DNA of 64,000 nucleotides, taken from NCBI RefSeq assembly GCF_009914755.1, contig NC_060946.1; one strand, 5' to 3'. The DNA is from the human T2T-CHM13v2.0 reference genome, Homo sapiens. Shown in pieces: positions 1 to 15,777 of this stretch. The notes under the pieces are model-generated. The model did not search any database. It saw only the letters and a list, made by a program, of their open reading frames with translations, and was not told where the DNA came from. How positions within the stretch are numbered: position 1 is the first letter of the stretch; each line of letters begins with the position of its first letter. Made by a program: the position numbers and the translations under genes.

Positions 1-63
1 GCAAAAGTGGTGCTAAGAGGAAAGTTGATAGCATTAAATGCTTACATCAAAAAGTATGAAAGA

Positions 64-362
64 GGCCAAGCACGGTGGCTCGTGTCTGTAATCCCAGCAA
101 TTTTGGAGGCCAAGGCAGGAGGATCACTTGAGGTCAGGAGTTCAAGACCAGCCTGGCCAAAATGCCAAAACCCCGTCTCTATTAAAAATAGAAAAAAATT
201 AGCTGGGTGTGGTGACGCATGCCTGTAGTCCCAGCTACTTGGGAGGCTGAGGCCTGAGAATTGCTTGAACCTGGGAGGCAGAGGTTGTAGTGAGCCGAGA
301 TGCACCACTGCACTCCAGCCTGGGCGACAGAGCGAGACTCCGTCTCAAAAAAAAAAAAAAAA
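64..362 (+). mobile_element. Alu (S-type)
   Basis: full dimer with A-tail; no TSD. Confidence 0.95.
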
Positions 363-1659
363 GATCCAATTAAGCTAAATTAGAAACAAAATGAAAGATA
401 TTACAACTGATACCACAGAAATAGAAAAGATCATTCAAGACTACTATGAACACCTTTATGCACACAAACTAGAAAATCTAGAGGAAATGGATAAATTCCT
501 GGAAATATATAACCCTCCTAGATTCATTCAGGAAAAAATAGAAACTTTGAACAGACCAATAATAAGTAGCAAGACTGAAACAGTAATTTAAAAATTGCCA
601 ACAAAAAAACAGTCTGGGACCAGATGGATTCACAGCTGAATTCTATTGAACATTCAAAGAAGAATTTGTACCAATCTTACTGAAGCTATTACAAAAGACA
701 GAGAAAGAGGGAATCTCCCTAAATCACTCTATGAAGCCAGTATCACCCTAATACCAAAACCAGGAAAGGACATAACAAAAAATGAAATCTACAGACCAAT
801 ATCCCTGGTGAACATAGATGCAAAAATCCTCAACAAAATACTACCTAATGGAATCAAATGGTGTATCAAAAAGATAATACACCATGATCAAGTGGGTTTC
901 ATACCAGGGATACAGGGAAGACTTAACGTACGCATGTCAATAAATGAGATACATCACATAAACAGAATTAAAAACAAAATCATATGATCATCTCAATAGA
1001 TGCCGAAAAAGCATCTGACAAAATCTAGCATGCCTTCGATTAAAGCCCTCAGGAAAACCGTCATAGAATGGAAATACCTCAAGGTAATAAAAGCCACTAT
1101 GACAAACTCACAGTTGACTTTATACCGAAAAGGGAAAAGATAAAAGGGTTCCCCCTGAGAACTCTAACAGACAAGGATGCCCACTGTCACCACTGCTATT
1201 CAACATTGTACTGGAAGTCCTAGCCAGAGCAAACAGACAAGAGAAAGAAATAAAGGGCATCCAAATATGTAAAGGGGAAGTCAAAATATCGCTGTTTGCC
1301 AATGATATGATCGTATACCTAGAAAACCCTAAAGACTCATCCAAAAAGCTCCTAGATCTAATAAATGAATTCCGTAAACTTTCAGGGTACAAAATCAATG
1401 TACACAAATCAGTAACACTGCTGTATACCAACAATGACCAAGCTGAGAATCAAATCAAGAACCTCTTGTTACAATAGCTGCAAATAAAATAAAATAAAAT
1501 ACTTCGGAATATACCTAACCAAGGATGTGAAAGATCTCTACAAGAAAAACTGAAAAACTGATTGCTGAAAGAAATCATAGACAACACAAATAAATGGAAA
1601 CACATCTAATGCTCATGGTAGGTAAAATTAAAAATGACCATACTGCTAAGAGCAATCTA

Positions 1660-2180
<521 letters not shown>

Positions 2181-3109
2181 TCATATGGAACAAAAGAGCC
2201 CAAATAGCCAAAGCAAGATAAAGCTGGAGGCATCACATTACCCGACATCAAACTATACTACAAGGATATAGTTACCACCAAAACAGCATGGTACTGGTAT
2301 AAAAATAGGCAAACAGACCAATGGAACAGAATAGAGAACCCAGAAATAAAGCCAAATACTTACAGCCAACAGATCTTCAACAAAGCAAACAAAAATACAG
2401 AGTGGGGAACAAACACCCTATTCAACAAGTGGTGCTGGGATAACTGGCAAGCCACATATAGAAGAATGAAGCTGGATCCTCATCTCTCATCTTATACAAA
2501 TATCAATTCAAGATGGATCAAAGACTTAAATCTACAATCTGAAACCACAACAATTCTAGAAGATAACATCGGAAAAACTCTTCTAGACATTGGCTTAGGC
2601 AAATAGTTCATGACTACGAACCCAAAAGCAAATGCAACAAAAACAAGGATAAAGAGATGGCACCTAATTAAACTTAAAAGCTTCTGCACAGCAAAAGAAA
2701 TAATCAGCAGAGTAAACAGACAACCCACAGAGTGGGAGAAAATATTTGCAAACTATGCATCTGACAAAGGACTAATATCTGGAATCTACAAGGAACTCAA
2801 ACAAATCAGCAAGATAAAAACAAATAACCCCATTAAAAAGTGGACAAAGAACATGAATAGACAATTCTCAAAAGAAGATATACAAATGACCAACAAACAT
2901 ATGAAAAAAATGCTCAACATCACTAATTATCAGGGAAATGCAAATCAAAACCACAATGACATACCACCTTACTCCTGCAAGAATGGCCATAATTAAAAAA
3001 TAAAAAAAATAGATATTAGCATGGAGGTGGTGAAAAGGGAACACTTTTACACTGCTGGTGGGAATGTAAACTAGTACAACCACCGTGGAAAACAGTATGG
3101 GGACTCGTT

Positions 3110-3459
<350 letters not shown>

Positions 3460-3976
3460 CTACCCAGAGGAAAAGAAGTCATTATGTGAACAATACACTT
3501 GTACACACGTTTATAGCAGCACCATTTGCAACTGCAAAAATACGGAACCAGTCTAAATGCCCATCAACCAATGAGTGGATAAAGAAAATGTGGTATATAT
3601 ACACCATGGAATACTACTCAGCCTTAAAAAGGAATGAAATAATGGCATTCACAGCAACCTGGATGGAGTTGGAGACCATTATTCTAAGTGAAGTAACTCA
3701 GGAATGGAAAACCAAACATTATATGTTCTCACTTATAAGTAGGAGCTAACCTATGAGGATGCAAAGGTATAACAATGATGTAATGGACTTTGGGGACTCA
3801 GGGGGAAGGGTGAAGAGGGTGAGTGATAAAAGACTACACATTGGGTACAGTGTACACTGCTCAGGTGATGGGTGCACTAAAATGTCAAAAAAAGAAAAAA
3901 AGCAACTCATGTAAATAGGATATTCAATAAGATTATCAGCATAGTCAGTGGGATGACATATTCAAAAGAAAGAAAG

Positions 3977-4275
3977 AGGCCAGGTGCAGTGGCTCACACC
4001 TGTAATCCCAGCACTTTGGGAGGCTGAGGTAGGTGGATTGCTTGAGCTCAGGAGTTTGGGACCAGCCTGGGCAACACAGCAAAATCCCACCTCTACCAAG
4101 AAAAAAAATAAAAATAAAAAATTTGCCAGGCATGGTGGCGCACATCTGTGGTCCCAGCTACTCAGGAGGCTGAGGTGGGAGGCCCACTTGAGCCTGGGAG
4201 GTGGAGGTTGAAGTAAGTCGAGATTACACCAATGTACTCCAGCCTGGGTGGCAGAGTCAGACTCTGTCTCCAAAA
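3977..4275 (+). mobile_element. AluJ
   Basis: diverged dimer. Confidence 0.9.
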
Positions 4276-4351
4276 ATCTACAACATCGTGGAAGTTGGAA
4301 AACACACTGTTATTTTAAATTTCATGTATTTTTATAAAAACAGATGGAGTT

Positions 4352-4821
<470 letters not shown>

Positions 4822-6206
4822 TAACATTACACCTTAAGGAACTAGAAAAAGAACTATACCCAAAGCTAGCAGAAGAAAATAATAAAGATAATGGGACAAG
4901 ATAAATGGAAAATAATAGAGATAATCAATGAAACCAAAAGTTGATTCTTTGAAAAGATGAACAAAATTGACAAACTTTTAGCTAGACTACATAATAAAAA
5001 GAGAGACAAGATCCAAATAATGAAAATCAAAAATGAAAGCAGGGACATTACAACCAATGCCACAAAAATAAAAAAGATTATAAATAAGAGAACAGCATGA
5101 ACAACTATATGACAATAAATCTGATAACCTACATAAAATGGAAACAACTTACCAAGACTGGCTCATAAAGAAATTAAAAATCTGGACGGATCTCTAATGA
5201 GCAAGAAAACTGAATCAATAAAACAAACCCTCTCATAAAGAAAAGCCTAGGATCATATAGCTTCTCTGATGTATTCTACCAAACACTTAGAGAATTAACA
5301 CCAATCCTCCTTCCAAAATAGGTAGGAACACTTCCTATTTCATTCTATGAGGACAGCATTACCCTGACAAAGCTAGACAAAGATACTACAAGAAAACTAT
5401 TAGATCAATATCCTTTGTAAACAGTGACCCAAAAATCCTCAACAAAATGCCAGCAAACAGAATTCCAAAGTACATTAAAAGAATTATACACCATGACCAA
5501 GTGGGATTTATTCCTTGAATGCAAGAATGGTTTAACATATGAAAACCAATCACTGTAATACATCACATTAATGAAATAAAAGAAAATTTTAAAATGACAC
5601 GATCATCTTAATGCAGAAAAAGCATCTGAGAAAATGCAACATTCTTTCTTGATAAAAGCACTCAACAAACTAGGAATGGAAGAAAACTATCTCGACATAG
5701 TAAAGACCATAAATAAAAAGCCCACAGCTAACATCGTACTTAATGGTAAAAGACTAAAAGCTTTTCCTTTAATATCAGGAACAAGAGAAGGATGCCTGCT
5801 TCCAGCACTAATATTTAACGTAGTATTAAGAGTCCTAGACAGATCAATTAGGCAAGGAGAAGAAATAAAAGGCAACCAAATTGGGAAAAAAGAAGTAAAA
5901 TTATTTCTGTTCACAGATGACATGATCTTATATATGGAAAACCCTAAAGATTCAGCGAAAAACTACTATAAACAAAGCAAAACATTCTGCCTGCCTGTGG
6001 TACTAGGAAGAAGCTGCAAGAGGACTTGCCCTCTGGCCTGAAGGCAATGTAAAGAGCAGCCAAGTATTATTGATATTTCCTCACCCTTCGGCTCTCAGTA
6101 AAGGATGGTTTTTCCACTCTTTCAGGATGCGATGTATAGCTCTTTGTACAGCCTGCAACACACAACTTAATCACCACCTCTCTGGCCACTGCCACAGGTC
6201 TTACAG

Positions 6207-6441
6207 CAGCAGTCCCCAACCTTTTCGGCACCCAGGACTGGTTTTTTTTTATGGACCAGTGGGGGAGGGGAAGACGGTTTCAGGATAAAACTGTTCCACC
6301 TCAGATCATCAGGCATTAGATTCTCATAAGGAGCACACAACCTAGATCTCTCATATGTGAAGTTCACAATAGGGTTTGTGCTCCTATGAGAATTTAATGT
6401 TGCTGCTGACTGGTCTGTGGCCCAGAGGTTGGGGACCCCTG
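6207..6441 (+). mobile_element. MER1B (hAT-Charlie DNA transposon)
   Basis: TIRs cagcagtccccaacc / ggttggggacccctg; 8-bp TSD tcttacag/tcttacac; internal ctgttccacctcagatcatcaggcattag. Confidence 0.88.
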
Positions 6442-6825
6442 TCTTACACTGAAGACCACAGCAAAGGGAGGCTTCCTAAGAACAGGGCCTGGCTGGGGAG
6501 GCTGGAGCCAGAACAAAGCCCAGGAACCTGAAAGGTGTTTGCTTAGTGCCCCAACCTTCTGCTTCTCATTTTCCTCCCATGCACACTGAACCATGCAAAG
6601 GATCCTTGAAGTTGAAAGAAATCTGAACCTTTGGTGTCCCTGTGGTGCACTGGCAGCTCAAATCAGAGTATATAAAGAGCTCCTATAATATACATAGAGT
6701 TCCTACAAACCATTGAGAAAAACAAATGGCAACAAGTATTTCAATAGATAGTTCAAAAAAGGGAAACACAAGCGGCTCTTAAGCATGTGAAATGATGCTC
6801 TCCTAACAAGCCTTCTTGGGAGGGC

Positions 6826-6838
6826 TGCTGAGTCAGCA
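6826..6838. promoter_or_regulatory. Perfect palindromic T-MARE (TGCTGAGTCAGCA), also fits AP-1 and NF-E2/ARE
   Basis: exact 13-bp Maf recognition element in non-repeat intron 24 sequence; occupancy unknown. Confidence 0.5.
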
Positions 6839-6944
6839 TGGCTGGTTGGAAGTCCACCCTCCAACCACAGCTATATTTTCCCAGTTATTTGAAGGATCAG
6901 TTCCACTTGAATGACCAATTCTCACCATAAATGTTGATAAATAA

Positions 6945-7075
6945 GGCCAGGCACGGTGGCTCACGCCTGTAATCCCAGCACTTTGGGAGGCTGAGGTGGG
7001 CCACTGCATTCCACACTCCAGCCTGGGTGACAGAGAGAGACTTCGTCTCAAATAAACACATAAATAAAATAAAAG
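6945..7075 (+). mobile_element. Alu with large internal deletion
   Basis: first ~55 nt fused to 3' end and tail; TSD tgttgataaataa on both sides. Confidence 0.88.
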
Positions 7076-7239
7076 AGTGTTGATAAATAAACCCAAGAAG
7101 AGCACAGAAGGCTCATGCTCACTCATCTCCTCTGCCCCAACATCTAGATGAAAAGACAGTAAACATACAGAAAAAAAGGAACAAATTCAGAATAGTGTTG
7201 AGATCAGGAGAGGACCTGGCAGAAGACACTGGGATTGGC

Positions 7240-7520
7240 TATGTCTACGTCTGCTCTAAATCCTCTTCTCTTACATATTCTTTGTACAGAGGGAGAAAAC
7301 CTGCTCATTTTCCCAGCCTCCCTTGCAGCAGAGGTGGGTGCCCAAGTGATTTAATGGTTGCCTGTGAGGCACAGACTAGTTTCTGGGAGAGCGTTTCTTT
7401 TCTGATGAGAGGGTGAATGTTGCTGTTGCCAGATTTCTCCTGTTCTCTCTCCTTCCCTGATCTTGGACATGGAAGCCACCTTGTAACCATGAGGGAAGGG
7501 CTAGGAGACCTTTACAGAGG
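7240..7520. mobile_element. MLT1-like MaLR LTR fragment
   Basis: ttcccagcctcccttgcag...gccaccttgtaaccatgaggg motifs; highly diverged. Confidence 0.55.
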
Positions 7521-8385
7521 GTGGTAAGCGGGTGGTACATACTGACAGGTGACTCTGGGAGGGGAACCACAGATTCTCTTAGGCAGAGCCTCAGTGAAGT
7601 GTCCTGTTTGGAGTTGGTAAGAATAATCAGCAGGAAGGAGGGGAGAAGAAGAAATCATGGCCATCAAATGGTAGCCTGTTTGTGGCTCCTTCTGTCTATA
7701 CCACCACGGCCCAGAGTGCTTACTTTCAGGCTGAGAAAGAGAACTACTATGGTGAGCTTTGGCGGGCATCTTGGGCTAAGGCTGACAGAATGAAGCTCCA
7801 CAACCTGCCCATGAGGGGGACTCACTGGGCAGGTTTCTGCCTGCCTCCCACTCTAGTAGATGGCTCATCGGCCTGTCCTGGAGGTGAGATGTGCTAAGCT
7901 GTGCTAAGCGAACAGCTGTACTCTTGAAAAGGAAACCTGAGGCCACTATCAATCTGGGTTCTTCACTTGTAACTACAACCTGATAACCAAGGATTTCCAG
8001 ATAGGGTAAAATGTCCTCAAGTAAAGACCGCAATGAACAAATCAAAGATTGAACCCAGAAAAGCCAGATAATTCAGGGAACAAATTATTTTAGAAAATGT
8101 TAGCATCTGCAGCTGATATCTGAGAAGATATCACAAGCCTTTCCTTCCATTAATAGACCATGCAATTCAGAACAGCCTTCCTCACTGACAACAAAGAAAA
8201 AAAGGTGGACAAATAGCAGCAAACTTCTGAGAGCTAATGTGTTAATGATAAATGACTGAGCCATGCTGTGGGGAAGACAGAGATCCAAAGAGGGATGCCT
8301 TTGCTTTGGAAATATTTATCCATGAGGAAGAAGCTAGGCAGAACTTCTACCAAACTTGAGGGCCTGGGTTGGGAGCGGTGGCTCA

Positions 8386-8676
8386 TGTCTATAATCCCAG
8401 CACTTCGGGAGGCTGAGGTGGGTAGATCACCTGAGGTCAGGAGTTTGAGACCAGCCTGGTCAACATGGTGAAACCCCGCCTCTACTAAAAAAATAAAAAT
8501 TAGCTGGGTGTAGTGGTGTGTGCCTGTAATTCCAGCTACTTGGGAGGCTGAGGCAGGAGAATTGCTTGAACCCAGGAGGCAGAGGTTACAGTGAGCTGAT
8601 ATTGTGCCACTGTACTCCAGCCCGGGTGACAGAGCAAGACTCCGTCTCAAAATAAACAAACAAAACAAACAAACAA
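8386..8676 (+). mobile_element. AluSx-like
   Basis: TSD aacttgagggcct; (aaac)n tail. Confidence 0.93.
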
Positions 8677-8899
8677 CTTGAGGGCCTAGGGGGACCATAG
8701 CAGGGGCTAGGGCCCTGTTAACTTACCCCTCCTTTGTCCTGGTATTCCAAAGGTACGCAACCTAGAATAAGCGTCAACTGGAAGTAAACTAGCCTCTATA
8801 ACAGCTGGCACCCAGCTTTGAGTTCCAGGCAGCCTAGAAAACCTCAGTCCCTGAACGGGATCATGGAGTCCCTACAGTGCTACTCCCAAGAAGTTGGCA

Positions 8900-10460
<1,561 letters not shown>

Positions 10461-10539
10461 TTAGGCCTCTGTACACACCAAGGCCTGTGAGGGCTGACCC
10501 TCTGGCCTTTTGATGTCAACTCCTTTCACCCTTCTGCTA

Positions 10540-11075
10540 CCATCCCGTTGGGCTGTTCCTTTTAAACTCCAAGCTCTCCCACCTCAGGCCTTTGCACTTT
10601 CCCTCTGCCTGGATGTTCTTCTCCCAAATATATGCATGGTTTCATCCCTCACCTTTTCTGGTCTCTGCTTATCTGTTTGTTTGGCCTTTCCTTTTTCTTT
10701 TCTTTTTTTTTTTTTGAGACGGAGTCTCGCTCTATTGCCCAGACTGGAGTGCAGTGGCGCGATCTTGGCTCACTGAAAGCTTAGCCTGGCCTTTCTTAAT
10801 TGCCCAGCATGAAATAGCAACCTGCCAGTATTCTATATCTCCCTGCCCTTTTAATTTTTTTCCCATGGCATCCATCACCACTCAAGACACTACAGATACC
10901 TCTTCTCATTTGCTTAGTCTGTCTCTCTCCATAAGAAAGCAGATCCATGAATGCAGGGACTCAGTCTGCCTTATTCACTGCTGCCTGCCCCATTCACTGC
11001 TGCCTGCCCTATGCCTATAACATGCCTGGCCAGGGGAGGTGCCCCATCAGTAATTGCTCAATGATTGAATGAAGC
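10540..11075 (+). mobile_element. L2 3' end containing a minus-strand Alu 3' fragment (~10695-10776)
   Basis: ggcctttgcac...ctctgcctggatgttctt; ends ...tgattgaatgaa. Confidence 0.7.
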
Positions 11076-11099
11076 TGTGAGCTAACTCTTAGATCCATA

Positions 11100-11860
11100 C
11101 CTTCTCCCATCCCCCACCAACCTGTTACCTTCTTGATTTAATGAATGGTTCTGGCATCCATTTTTTGCAGCTGAACCTGGAGGTGCCACATGTTCATTAT
11201 GCTTTTTCCTTCCACATCCAACCACCCATCAAATCTTATTGGTTCTGCCTCCAAAATACATCTTGAATCTGTCTCCTTTCCCCTCTCCATGGCCACCACA
11301 CTGATCCAAGTCACCTTCATCTCTTCCTGGGACTGTTACAGAAGATACTCCCTGACTGTTTTTCTATTTTAGTTCATGACACCTCTGCGCCAACTCTGCC
11401 AAGAAGAAAACGCTAGCTCCTGTAAAGGTCTCTGTGGTCCACCTCCTGCCTCATTTCACACCACCCTCTCCTTTTGCCTTCTATGTGCCAGCCACAGTGG
11501 CTCCAAACAGATCAAGCACTCCTTGCTTTTACTCTCACTTCTACTAGGAAACACTTTCTCCAGGTCTCTGTATGGCTGTCTCACTCTTCTCCTTGGGTGT
11601 CATCCGCAGTGTCCTCTCACAAGGCCTTCCTGGTCACTCCTTCCCAGGCACTCTCATCTGAAGACCCTGCTTACTTCCTTCTTAGTCTGAATCTAGTCTG
11701 AAAATATTTTGTTGACCTAACTGCCTCCCTGTTTATGTGTGCATCCCTACCAGACCGAGCTCCACGAAGGCAGGGAAGTACCTTCCGTCTTTTGTCTTCA
11801 CAACCAAGCCCAGAGCCCCTGCAGGCAGCCTCCCTCAGCACAGGCACGTGGCGGAGCACT
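11100..11860 (+). mobile_element. L2 fragment
   Basis: ctccaaaatacatcttgaatc, ccaagtcaccttcatctct, ctccacgaaggcaggga motifs. Confidence 0.65.
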
Positions 11861-12067
11861 CCGTGGCTCCTGATGTCCAGGGCCCAGCTCCTGCCAGGTT
11901 GTGGAGGGCCGTCGGCATGTCACCCTCTCACTGATGCTGGGACCTGAGGCTGGGTGCTGGAGAAGTCTAACGGGACACAATTTCAAAGCACTTTGGCTTA
12001 TTTAAAAAATCTCCACCTTCATGTTTCAAGAAAGAATTCTTGCAGCAACAATGAAAGAAGCACCTAC

Positions 12068-12156
12068 CACTACTGTTGACTCCCACTGGCTTCCAGTGGA
12101 GTAGTGAACCGGACCCAGTAAGTCCTTGCATATTTCTCGAAGTCGGTATTCAAACC
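12068..12156 (-). CDS. HIRA: HIRA exon 24 (89 nt), FEYRLREICKDLLGPVHYSTGSQWESTVV
   Basis: attag|GGTTTG ... GTG|gtaggt; missed by ORF track. Confidence 0.97.
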
Positions 12157-12164
12157 CTAATTAC

Positions 12165-12205
12165 AGAAAAACAAACAAACAACAACAACAAAAAACAAAA
12201 CAGAA
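12165..12205. repeat. (AAC/AAAC)n low-complexity tract, i.e. the UG/U-rich acceptor tract of exon 24
   Basis: aaaaacaaacaaacaacaacaacaaaaaacaaaa. Confidence 0.8.
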
Positions 12206-13264
12206 ATAGGAACACATTACAAAAAGAAATAAAATCAAGAATATGTTGTTGTGTCTATCAAATCAGAATAAACACATGCGTATTTTATTGCCTACTATGG
12301 GCAAGACGCCCCTGCATGTCTCTCAGCGGGGGGCACTGAGACCCATAATCACAGATTTTCACTCACTTGCTCACTCCCCTGACATCTGTAGTGCCTCCTC
12401 TGTGTGTTGGGCCCAGAGGAAAAACGAGATATGGCCAGTTCTGTGATAAACTCCTTAAGGTGATGGGAAGATATGGGAAATTGTGGGCTGGTGAGATCTG
12501 TCTTTGAGAAGATGCGCTGGCAGCTGGTGTTGAGGGGAGGTCAGGAGGGTGGGACGGCCAGCCCGCAGGAGGTAAGAGATGGCAAAGGCATGACTGAAGA
12601 GGGGCAACTGAGTGGAGGGGGCATAGGTCCATTAACTCAAGGGTTATGGGCACCACCCAGTAGGGCTGCTAGAAAGGCTGGAGGTAGAGTGTCGGGGTTT
12701 GTCAGCACTTGGGGCAGCTAAAGCAATAGGGAATGGATTAAACTGTCCAAAGAAAAGGGTGGAGTAAGAGAGATGAAACTGGAATCTGAGGAATTTTGGA
12801 AGTGAATGGGGTCCACTTTTACACTAGATTCCTCCTTTTACAGCCAAGGAAACAAGGGACAGAATGGAGGGTGGGTAACTGGTGTATGGACACTAGAACA
12901 GGCAGGTGGAAGATGGAGAAAGAGAAGCAAGCAGCAGAAGTCATCCCAAGATGGGTGGCGGGGCGGAGAGGAGGTGGGGACTTGATGCAGGGCATCAGAG
13001 CAAGTCCCAGTCAACACCCAGGATGAAGCAAACCAGAGTGGAGTAAGAGGAGGGGCTCCCAGGGAAGACGTGACTAGAGCACCACAGGAGAGGTATGAGA
13101 GCCTGGGAAGGCTGAGTATTCAGAAAAGCTGGGGACCACACATAATGGCAACCACATAGACCTGGTGGGAAGAGTAAACATCAAATTCATCATCGTGGTC
13201 TGCAGGGAGGGAGGGGAGGCTTCAAGTTGATCAGTAATATTTGCTGTCGTTTACAAGTGTATGT

Positions 13265-13283
13265 ACACACACACACACATACA
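13265..13283. repeat. short (CA)n
   Basis: acacacacacacacatacac. Confidence 0.75.
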
Positions 13284-14065
13284 CTCGTATTTACACAGCC
13301 AGAGGCACATGTGACATGTTAGTTCTGGGAATTACATCCGTGAAGGTCTGATTATGATTTTCTCTGTCTTTTCTGTACTTAAATTTTTTTCTAAATTATA
13401 ATCAAAATGGGGAGGGTGATGACAAAAATAAAGCAAAAAGCCCAGGAAGCTGCACAGAGAGAGCTCTGGGAGGGCCTGCCCCATGCCGCACCCTGAAGGC
13501 TGCACTCAAGTGGGAGGAAAAGTTGGTAAGGCTATTGGAGTCACTGTGAGGACAGTGCAGCCACCTCTTCCAGCACACCTGGCTTTCTGCAAGGGAGGCA
13601 GCAGAGTGAGAGCTCTGGCGGGAAGTGCCAGAAATGGAGGGCCTCAGTAAGTGCAGGACATCAGGCAAGCCTGTCCAGGGCAGGAAGGGCTGGGAGGAGG
13701 AAGAGAACCACTGCTACAAGATGCCCTCACTGATTAGCAGCACTGCCAAGTTGTGGTGCAGGGCAGGAGCCAGAACATAGAATCTGCTCCTTCAGACCAT
13801 GTCTTTCCACCCAGGCATCTATTCCTCCGTCCTGCTGCCTGTCCTGCTGCTTCTCTGCGGGAACACCCTCAGGGTCACTCTATTCAGAGCCTCAGAGCCT
13901 ATAAGGGGCTGGGTGCCTGCTGAGCTGCCTTGACTGCAGCTCAGGCTGGGAGGTAGAGGCTGCTGGGCCATCACATCTTTTCCCTGATTTCACAGGGACT
14001 AAGTGAGGCCTGGGAGGATGGAGGGGCAGAAGGAGAAGGCTGCTCAGGGCTGCCAGGAGCCTCAC

Positions 14066-14229
14066 CTTCGTTTACGAGGTACCGTGCGTAGACGAGGAGC
14101 CAATGGCGGTACTCGTGGCTGGACTGCAGGGTGAGTGCTGCTGCCACCTGGTTCTCTAGGTAGGCCAGGGTGGTCTCTTGCTGCACCACATGAGGCACGG
14201 AGAAGAGCCGGGCAGCCTGCCTTCCCGAG
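14066..14229 (-). CDS. HIRA: HIRA exon 23 (164 nt), SGRQAARLFSVPHVVQQETTLAYLENQ...YLVNE(G)
   Basis: tgcag|CTCGGG ... GAAG|gtgagg. Confidence 0.97.
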
Positions 14230-14705
14230 CTGCAGAGACCAGGAGAGTTTCCATGATGGGGCAGCAGGCACTACACAGAGTCAGGAACTGCCCCCGTGTG
14301 CAACAGGCAAGGAGCTGGCAGGAGGCAGGCACCAGGGCTGCCAAGGCCTCCCGTCCACTAGCCAGTCTGTTGGCAGATGCCAGATCTGTTGTCTGCCCAT
14401 CCCCACGCCCCAGCCATGTGCCTCCTGGCACCCTTGGGGTATCTCACCCAGCACCTGCCATCTGGGCCCCTGAAGTGACAGGGCCAGTGATTGCTGCCCC
14501 CAACCCCAAGATATTACCTGATGCAGGACCACTACCCTCAGCACCCCTAGTCCGTCCTGCCCAGCCTGCCTGTGCTGACCAGCACCTGGGGCACAGGGGA
14601 AGGGCAGGTGGAGACCAGGCCTGGGCAGGGACTGTGCGTGCACTGACCCAGGCACTTCCCCAGGGCAGGACTAAGGACAGTGGCCATGGCATTCAGGTCA
14701 CGTAC

Positions 14706-14828
14706 TTGGAGGTGCGGCCCTGGATTATGGCTAACGGTCCTGAGCACAGCATGGCGTCCTGGGATGGCAGGCTGCTCCTAAAGTCTGCACACTGAGCCAG
14801 TGAGTCCTGCTTGTCAGAAACCAGGTTC
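14706..14828 (-). CDS. HIRA: HIRA exon 22 (123 nt), NLVSDKQDSLAQCADF...IQGRTS(N)
   Basis: cccag|GAACCT ... CCAA|gtacgt. Confidence 0.96.
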
Positions 14829-15480
14829 CTGGGGAGGCAAAGGCAGGAGCAGAGCTCAGGAAAACCAAGAGATCTGGTTGGCCTCTTTGCCAACCAGAGA
14901 AGGCTGGCAAAGAGGCCACAGAGAAGCAGCCCCTGCCGACACAGAAAGCCAGTAGAGGCTGAGCGCCCCTGCACTTCCGCACAGGCGCCTATCACTGACA
15001 GGTTTCATGGTAATGGGTCTGATAGATCACTGTTCCAAAGGAAAAATGAGTGAAGTGAAGGCTGTGGATAGGGCCCTTGCTGGGAACACTTCAGCTCCAT
15101 ATGTTGGTTCCTGATGACTGCAGGCCTCTGTGTGCAGTGTGCTCTGATGCTCAGCTCAAACACTGCCATGGTCTGCCCACAGGGCCACATGGCCTGGGCC
15201 CTGTAGCTAGCGAGCAATGCCAGGCCTCTACCTGCCTGTATTTCTACAACTATCCCAGACTGGCAGTCCTTCCACCTTCTCTGGACCCTTCTCATCCTTG
15301 TGAAGAAGACTCTTCACACACTTTTAGAACAGCTAGATGTCTTTGTAAATGTGTCCAAAATACAAAGATGCCTATAGAGAGTCAATATTTCTCTTCTTAA
15401 ATAATCAGCTTATTTCCATTATTACAGCAATCATATATAATAGACAACATTTTGCAATTTGGGGGAGCAGGCAGTGGAGA

Positions 15481-15777
15481 TTTTTTTTTTCCTTTGAGAC
15501 AGGGTCTTACTCTGCTGCCCAGGCTGAAGTGCAGTAGTGTGATTACAGCTCACTGCAGCCTCGACCTCCTGGGCTCAAGGGATCTCCTGCTTCAGCTTCC
15601 CAAGGAGCTGGGACTACAGATGTGTGCCACTGCACCTGGCTTATTTAAAATTTTTTTTTTTTGGTAGAGACAGGGTCTCACTATGTTGCCCAAGCTGGTC
15701 TCAAACTCATGGGATCAAGCAATCCTCTCAGCCTTCCACAGCGCTGGGATTACAGGTGTGAGCCATCGCACCCAGCA
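15481..15777 (-). mobile_element. AluJ
   Basis: diverged antisense dimer; flanks agatttttttttt. Confidence 0.9.

Noticed and set aside
10973-11009. 19-bp tandem duplication inside L2 (and similar micro-duplications at ~42672 and ~62308)
   Set aside because: Ordinary slippage events
14178-14795. 205-aa plus-strand ORF antisense to exons 22-23
   Set aside because: GC-rich and A/P/G-biased with no recognisable domain; expected by chance opposite coding exons
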